Part shown: piece by piece, positions 28,737 to 34,017 of the stretch
How positions within the stretch are numbered: position 1 is the first letter of the stretch
How the letters are laid out: every line of letters begins with the position of its first letter
Program-made: the position numbers and the translations under genes
The notes under the pieces: generated by a model
Told to the model about the DNA's origin: nothing
Databases searched by the model: none
Seen by the model: the letters and a program-made list of their open reading frames with translations, nothing else
NCBI GenBank assembly: GCA_037446815.1
Contig: JBBIHX010000018.1
Location: forward strand, 1-34,017
Direction: 5' to 3'
Source of the DNA: Caldilineae bacterium
GTDB lineage: Bacteria > Chloroflexota > Anaerolineae > DTLA01
Length of the DNA stretch: 34,017 nucleotides

Positions 28737-31487
28737 ATGGGCACTGCGATCTCGTTCACGCTCAACGGGCGGCCGGTAACGGTTCAGACGGAGCCAACGC
28801 GCACGCTGCTGGAGGTCCTCCGCTCCGAGTTCGGCCTCACGGGGACCAAGCAGGGCTGCGACCTGGAGGGGGAGTGCGGAGCCTGCACCGTGCTGCTGGA
28901 TGGAGTGCCGGTGCGGTCGTGCCTCACGCCGATGGGCAAAGTGGCGGGGCGGGATGTGTTGACCGTGGAGGGGCTTGGCGACCCCGACCACTTGCACCCG
29001 CTGCAACGGGCGTTCGCCGAGACGGGCGCGGTCCAGTGCGGGTACTGCACGCCCGGGATGCTCATGGCGGCTGCCGGCCTGCTGACGCGCAATCCCAACC
29101 CCACCCGCGCGGAGATTGTGGAGGCGCTGGAAGGCAACCTGTGCCGCTGCACCGGCTACGTGCGGATTGTGGCCGCGGTGGACTTGGCGGCGGCGTGGAT
29201 GCGCGGCGACGCGCCATCGGGCGTTGCCGCGCCGCAGACGAGGCCCGTCGGCGGGGACCTGCTGCGGGTGGACATCGCCGAGCGAGTTACCGGCCGCACG
29301 CGGTATGTGGAAGACATGCCCATGCCCGGCGCGCTCCACGTGCGGGTTGTGCGCAGTCCCCACCCCCACGCACGCGTGGTGGCCATAGACGCGGGGCGGG
29401 CGATGCAAGTGCCCGGCGTGCTGCGGGTGCTCACCGCGGCCGACATCCCAGGGCAGAACAGCATTGAGGGCTACAGCAAGGACGAGACGGTGCTGGCGCC
29501 CGTGGGCGGCACGGTCAAGATGGTGGGGGATGCGGTGGCGCTGGTGATTGCCGAGACGCCAGAGGCAGCGGAGGAGGGCCGACGGGCGGTCAGGGTGTCG
29601 TATGAGCCGCTGCCTGCGCTCCTGGATGTGGACGAGGCCCTTGCGCCCGACGCCGTGGAAATCCACGCTGGCGGGAACGTGCTGAGCACCTTTTCGGTGG
29701 CGCATGGAGATGTGGATGAGGCGCTGGCTGCGAGCGACGCGGTGCTGGACGTAACGTACCGCACGTCGTACCTGGAACACGCCACAATAGAACGCGAGGC
29801 GGCCCTGGGGTATATAGACGAAGAGGGTCGCATCACCATCGTGAGCGGGACGCATGAGCCGCACTGGCATCGGGACTTCGTCGCGCCGGTGCTGGGGCTG
29901 GAGCCGTCGCAGGTTCGGGTCATCATGCCGCCCACGGGCGGGTCCTTCGGCAAGCGCCAGGATCCGTGGCTGGCGGCGGCGACGGCGCTGGCGGTGTACC
30001 ACATGCGACGACCGGTGCGCGTGGCCTACACCCGCCGCGAATCCTTTGACGCCTCGCCCAAACGACACCCGTACACAAGCCGGTACACGGTGGGCGCGAC
30101 CGCCGATGGGAGAGTTACGGGTCTGCGACTGCACATCACCGCCAACACGGGCGCGTATGACTCCGGGGGCTACTGGATTCCCAACTACGCCGTGGTGGCA
30201 GGCGGCGGGCCATACCGCTGGCGGGGCGTGGACGCCTTCGCGCAGAGTGTCTATACCAACGGGCCCAAGTCGGGCCAGATGCGCGGATACGGCACGCCGC
30301 AGTCCAACTTTGCCCTGGAGTGCACCCTGGACGAGTTGATACAGCGGCTGGGCGATGATCCGGTGGAGTTCCGCTTGCGCAATGCCATTCGGCAGGATGA
30401 GGCCACATGGCTCGGCTACCCCGTGGCGGAGTCGCTGGGCTACCGCGAGGTGCTGGAGGCGATTCGCCCGCACTATCGGGCGCTTGAGGCGGCGGCGCGT
30501 GCATTCAACGAAGGCGAAGGCCCTTGGCGCAGAGGCGTGGGGCTGGCGGGCATGTGGTACCGCTTCGGCAAGTACGGCATCCCGCGCGTCGCGGCGGAGG
30601 CGGAACTGGGGCTGGACGGGCGTTTCGTCGTGTACTGCTCCGCGCCGGACTACGGACAGGGCATCACAACCGTGATTGTGCAACTGGCCGCCGAGACGCT
30701 GGGCGTTTCGCGCGACGCCATCCGCCTGGTGAACGCGGACACGGCGACGACGCTGGATAGCGGGGTTCCCGGGGCGTCGCGAGCCACCTACTGGGTCGGC
30801 GGGGCGGTGTCCCGCGCGGTGGCGGCGTTGCGGGAGGTGGTGGCCGAAGCGGCGTCGGAGATGCTGGACTGCCCGCCGTCGGCCGTCGTGTTGGCCGATG
30901 ACCGCGCGCTGGTGCAGGGCGACCGGAGCCGTTTCGTTCGCCTGGGCGATGTTGCGGCGGAAATGGAGCGGCTGGGGCAGTCCCGCAAGGTACGGGGCGT
31001 CTTTGACTTGAGCGCGCAGTTCCCCAATCATGAGCGGGAAGTGTACACGCCCCATTTCGTTACCGGCGCGCAGGTGGCCGAGGTGCTGGTGAACGTGGCG
31101 ACGGGCCAGGCGCGGGTAACTCGCATGGTGGCGGCGCACGATGTGGGCCGGGCCATCAACCCACGGGACGCTCGTGGGCAGATAGAAGGGGCCATTGTGA
31201 TGGGGCTGGGGGCTGCGCTGATGGAGGAGTACGTGCCGGGGGTTACCACCGGCTTCTCCAACTACTACATTCCCACGGCCAAGGCCATGCCCGAGATAGA
31301 CGTCATCCTGGTGGAGGTGCCGAGTTATCAGGGGCCTCTCGGCGCGAAGGGGCTGGGCGAGGCGCCGATACTCCCTACCGCGCCGGCCATTGTCAACGCC
31401 ATCTCCCGCGCCATCGGCGCGCGCATCCACGAGATTCCCGCCACGCCCGAGCGCATCCTGGCTGCTAGAGGGGGAGGGCTACGATGA
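28737..31487 (+). CDS. Xanthine dehydrogenase/aldehyde oxidoreductase-family molybdoenzyme with fused 2x[2Fe-2S] and Mo-binding domains
   Basis: TKQGC..GECGACTV, QCGYCTPG, NLCRCTGY, RSPHPHA, GGSFGKR, MRGYGTPQ, YGQG, GQIEG, AKGLGE. Confidence 0.93.
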   Translation: MGTAISFTLNGRPVTVQTEPTRTLLEVLRSEFGLTGTKQGCDLEGECGACTVLLDGVPVRSCLTPMGKVAGRDVLTVEGLGDPDHLHPLQRAFAETGAVQCGYCTPGMLMAAAGLLTRNPNPTRAEIVEALEGNLCRCTGYVRIVAAVDLAAAWMRGDAPSGVAAPQTRPVGGDLLRVDIAERVTGRTRYVEDMPMPGALHVRVVRSPHPHARVVAIDAGRAMQVPGVLRVLTAADIPGQNSIEGYSKDETVLAPVGGTVKMVGDAVALVIAETPEAAEEGRRAVRVSYEPLPALLDVDEALAPDAVEIHAGGNVLSTFSVAHGDVDEALAASDAVLDVTYRTSYLEHATIEREAALGYIDEEGRITIVSGTHEPHWHRDFVAPVLGLEPSQVRVIMPPTGGSFGKRQDPWLAAATALAVYHMRRPVRVAYTRRESFDASPKRHPYTSRYTVGATADGRVTGLRLHITANTGAYDSGGYWIPNYAVVAGGGPYRWRGVDAFAQSVYTNGPKSGQMRGYGTPQSNFALECTLDELIQRLGDDPVEFRLRNAIRQDEATWLGYPVAESLGYREVLEAIRPHYRALEAAARAFNEGEGPWRRGVGLAGMWYRFGKYGIPRVAAEAELGLDGRFVVYCSAPDYGQGITTVIVQLAAETLGVSRDAIRLVNADTATTLDSGVPGASRATYWVGGAVSRAVAALREVVAEAASEMLDCPPSAVVLADDRALVQGDRSRFVRLGDVAAEMERLGQSRKVRGVFDLSAQFPNHEREVYTPHFVTGAQVAEVLVNVATGQARVTRMVAAHDVGRAINPRDARGQIEGAIVMGLGAALMEEYVPGVTTGFSNYYIPTAKAMPEIDVILVEVPSYQGPLGAKGLGEAPILPTAPAIVNAISRAIGARIHEIPATPERILAARGGGLR

Positions 31488-32380
31488 CGCTGTATCACGT
31501 GGCTGCGTCGGTAGAGGAAGCCTTGAGGGTTCTGGAAGAGTACGGCGGCGAGGCGCGCATCATCGCAGGCGGGACGGATGTGATGGTAGACATGCGCAAG
31601 GGGAAGATTGCGCCGCGCTGTCTGGTAGACATAACTCGGATTGCGGAGTTGCGGCAGATTGCCGTTGAGGGCGAGGTGGTGCAGGTCGGGGCTGCCGTAA
31701 CCTTCGCCGAGATTCACCGGCACCCGTTCATCGCGCGGCGCGTTCACGTGCTGGCCGAAGCCGCGCGCTCGGTGGGCGCGCTGCCGATCCAGACGGCGGC
31801 GACATGGGCGGGCAACATCGTGCAGGCGATGCCCGCCGCCGACGGCGCCATCGCGGCGGTGGCGTTGCAGGCCGAGGCCCGCGTGGCCGACAGGGCGGGG
31901 GCGGAGTGGAAACCCGTGGAGGCGCTCTTCGCGGGGCGGGGGGTCTCGGCGGTGGATTCGCGCCGCCAGATGATCACCCACATCCGATTTCGCGTGCCGC
32001 CGGTGCGGTGGGGGAGCGCGTGGAGCCGCGCAGGACGCCGGGAGTCGCTGGTGCTGCCCACGCTGAACTGCGGGGTAAGCGTGCGCCTGGGCGATGATGG
32101 CAGGATTGAGGATGTGGCCATCGCGCTGGGGCCTGTGGCTCCGCGCCCGTACCGCGCCCGGGACGCGGAGGCGGTCCTGCGCGGGAGGTTGCCCGATGCG
32201 GATGCTTTCGCCGAAGCGGGCTGCGTCATCAGCGGCGATTGCAACCCACGCACCAGCCCGGCCCGGGCGACCCGCGAATACCGCCTGGCGCTGATTCCGG
32301 AGATGGTGGTGCGGACGCTGGAGGCGGCCACGGAGCGCGCCCGGCATTTGACAGAAGAGGCAGTGCCTTCCAATATTTGA
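31484..32380 (+). CDS. FAD-binding (medium) subunit of the Mo-hydroxylase
   Basis: IAGGTD, VGAAVT, IQTAATWAGNIVQAMPAAD, IALGPVAPRP; ATGA overlap at 31484-31487. Confidence 0.92.
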   Translation: MTLYHVAASVEEALRVLEEYGGEARIIAGGTDVMVDMRKGKIAPRCLVDITRIAELRQIAVEGEVVQVGAAVTFAEIHRHPFIARRVHVLAEAARSVGALPIQTAATWAGNIVQAMPAADGAIAAVALQAEARVADRAGAEWKPVEALFAGRGVSAVDSRRQMITHIRFRVPPVRWGSAWSRAGRRESLVLPTLNCGVSVRLGDDGRIEDVAIALGPVAPRPYRARDAEAVLRGRLPDADAFAEAGCVISGDCNPRTSPARATREYRLALIPEMVVRTLEAATERARHLTEEAVPSNI

Positions 32381-32410
32381 CATAATATCATAGTCTAGGA
32401 GGAACCTACC

Positions 32411-33841
32411 ATGACAATCAGTACCCAGGCATTTCCACGGTTGGAGATGCTCACCAAGGAGCAGTGCGAAGTCATCCACCGCGCGTCGCTGGAGATTTTG
32501 CGGCGGACCGGCGTGCGCGTGTACCACGAGGAGGCGCTGACCCTGTTGCGGCAGGCGGATGTCAGCATCACCGACGGCAACCTGGTGCGGTTCCAGCCCG
32601 GGCTTGTGGAGTGGGCCTTGGCGCAGGCGCCGTCGCGCATCGCCCTGTGCAAGCGGGGGAGCAACGAGGTGGGCGCGGCGTTGGAGGGGCGCAACGTGAA
32701 CTTCGGCACCGGCTCGGACTGCCCCAACTACTTGGATCCGCGCACCGGGCAGGTTCGCCCGTTCACGCTGGCCGACGTGGTGGACGCGATTCACGTGGTG
32801 GACGCTCTGCCCGAGTTGCAGTTCTGCATGTCCATGGGCATTCCGTCGGACCTGAAGACGGCCAACGCCTACCGCCATCAGTTTGCGCTCATGCTGGAGC
32901 ACACGACGAAGCCCATCGTGTTCGTGTGCGACGACCGCGCCGACTGCGAGGCGATTTCGGCGATGGCAGCGGCGGCCGCAGGAGGCATGGAGCAGTTGCG
33001 GCTGAATCCCACGCTGCTGCTGTATTCCGAGCCGTCCACGCCGCTGAAGCATTCCGAGACGGCCACGGGCAAATTGCTGTTCATGGCCGAGAACATGTTG
33101 CCCATCGTGCACTCGCCCGCGCCCATGATGGGCGGGACGGCGCCGGTAACCATGGCGGGCGCGCTGGCCCTGGGCAACGCGGAAACGCTGTCCAGCCTGG
33201 TGATGCACCAATTGAAGCGCCCTGGTGCGCCGTTTGTGTACGGGAGCGGCCTGCACCACATGGACATGAAGACGACCATCAGCGTGTACGGCGCGCCGGA
33301 GTTCCAGTTGGCCCGCGTGGCCGTGGCCGAGATGGGGCGCTTCTACGGCTTGCCCACGTGGGGGTACGCCGGCCACTCGGACAGTTGCACCATGGACGAG
33401 CAGGCGGCGGCCGACGCGACGTTCTCCGTCCTGGTGGCGCTGCTGGCGGGCAACAACCTGGTGCACGATGTGGGCTACCTGGAAGCCGGCCTGACGACAT
33501 CGCCGGAGATGATCGTGTTCACCGCGGAAATCATCTCCATGATGCGCGCGTTCATGGGCGGCGTGGCGCTGGATGCCGAGTCGCTGGCGCTGGACGTGAT
33601 TCACAAGGTGGGGCCGGGCGGCGACTTCCTCACCCAGAAGCACACGCTGAAGCACTTCCGCGACCTGTGGGAGCCGAGCCTGTTCAGCCGCCAGCGGATG
33701 GAGGATTGGGTGGCGCAGGGCAGCAAGCGGTTGGGGCAGCGCCTGAAGGAGAAGACGCTTGCCATCCTTGAGAGCCACAAGCCGCAGCCGCTGCCGGATT
33801 CGGTGCGCGCGGAGATTGAGTACATTCTGAAGGGCAAGTGA
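32411..33841 (+). CDS. Non-pyrrolysine MttB-superfamily methyltransferase, paralogue 5
   Basis: IHRASLEILRRTGV, GGTAPVTMAGAL, YGLPTWGYAGHSDS, HDVGYLEAG, VGPGGDFL; AGGAGG RBS. Confidence 0.93.
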   Translation: MTISTQAFPRLEMLTKEQCEVIHRASLEILRRTGVRVYHEEALTLLRQADVSITDGNLVRFQPGLVEWALAQAPSRIALCKRGSNEVGAALEGRNVNFGTGSDCPNYLDPRTGQVRPFTLADVVDAIHVVDALPELQFCMSMGIPSDLKTANAYRHQFALMLEHTTKPIVFVCDDRADCEAISAMAAAAAGGMEQLRLNPTLLLYSEPSTPLKHSETATGKLLFMAENMLPIVHSPAPMMGGTAPVTMAGALALGNAETLSSLVMHQLKRPGAPFVYGSGLHHMDMKTTISVYGAPEFQLARVAVAEMGRFYGLPTWGYAGHSDSCTMDEQAAADATFSVLVALLAGNNLVHDVGYLEAGLTTSPEMIVFTAEIISMMRAFMGGVALDAESLALDVIHKVGPGGDFLTQKHTLKHFRDLWEPSLFSRQRMEDWVAQGSKRLGQRLKEKTLAILESHKPQPLPDSVRAEIEYILKGK

Positions 33842-33854
33842 TGTGAGCAAGACA

Positions 33855-33919
33855 CGCCGCAGGGGCACAAAGGGCAGGGAGTGCAGACCATTCTCTGCGC
33901 TTGCTGTGACCCTGCGGTG
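33855..33919. repeat. Long imperfect hairpin after the last gene
   Basis: CGCCGCAGGG..CACA..GCAGGGAGTG-cagac-CATTCTCTGC..TGTG..CCCTGCGGTG, with G-U pairs and no U-tract. Confidence 0.55.
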
Positions 33920-33971
33920 GGCAAAGCGGCCGCAAGATGGGCCAGGGCGCACGGGTGCAAACGTAGTGCGG

Positions 33972-34006
33972 GAGATTCTTCGGCGCTCCGCGCCTCAGAA
34001 TGACAG
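33972..34006 (+). repeat. REP-like hairpin GAGATTCTTC-[stem-loop]-TCAGAATGACAG, copy 2
   Basis: Same flanks as 8775-8809; inner stem GGCGC-TCC-GCGCC. Confidence 0.8.
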
Positions 34007-34017
34007 TTGGTGGGGGT

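Noticed and set aside
28188..31430. Long antisense ORFs (1080 aa here; also 1383-3449, 12860-14755, 16594-18729, 18847-20883, 25539-28073, 31328-33952)
   Set aside because: They lie opposite well-supported genes, have no recognisable motifs, and are expected shadows of GC-rich codon usage.
33855..33919. Intrinsic terminator
   Set aside because: No U-tract follows the stem; kept only as an unclassified hairpin.

Overview
GC-rich bacterial window, probably Chloroflexota/Anaerolineae (inferred only from the Tat-lipoprotein with a Pro/Thr/Ala linker and the repeat types). It has one 100-N scaffold gap. The left end holds a single-chain restriction-modification gene flanked by GTAG-type REP palindromes. 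The remaining ~30 kb is one anaerobic catabolic island in two probable operons. Operon 1 (3580-11806): IclR, methyl-THF:corrinoid methyltransferase, MetH-activation-like protein, lone hydantoinase/oxoprolinase-A ATPase, corrinoid protein and two non-pyrrolysine MttB methyltransferases. A divergent GntR/FCD regulator precedes operon 2 (12884-33841): Dpp/Opp-type ABC importer, hutU, hutH, CBS-ACT protein, Fe-S protein, a remodelled methylaspartate ammonia-lyase homologue, three more MttBs and a xanthine-dehydrogenase-family Mo enzyme with its FAD subunit. The main hypothesis is an apparently undescribed pathway linking cobalamin-dependent N-demethylation to breakdown of methylated histidine derivatives. 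In support, the MAL homologue naturally carries the Q73A change known to admit substituted amines, and HutI/HutG are absent from the window. All functional calls rest on motif recognition by eye, and reference numbering is from memory; no searches were run.
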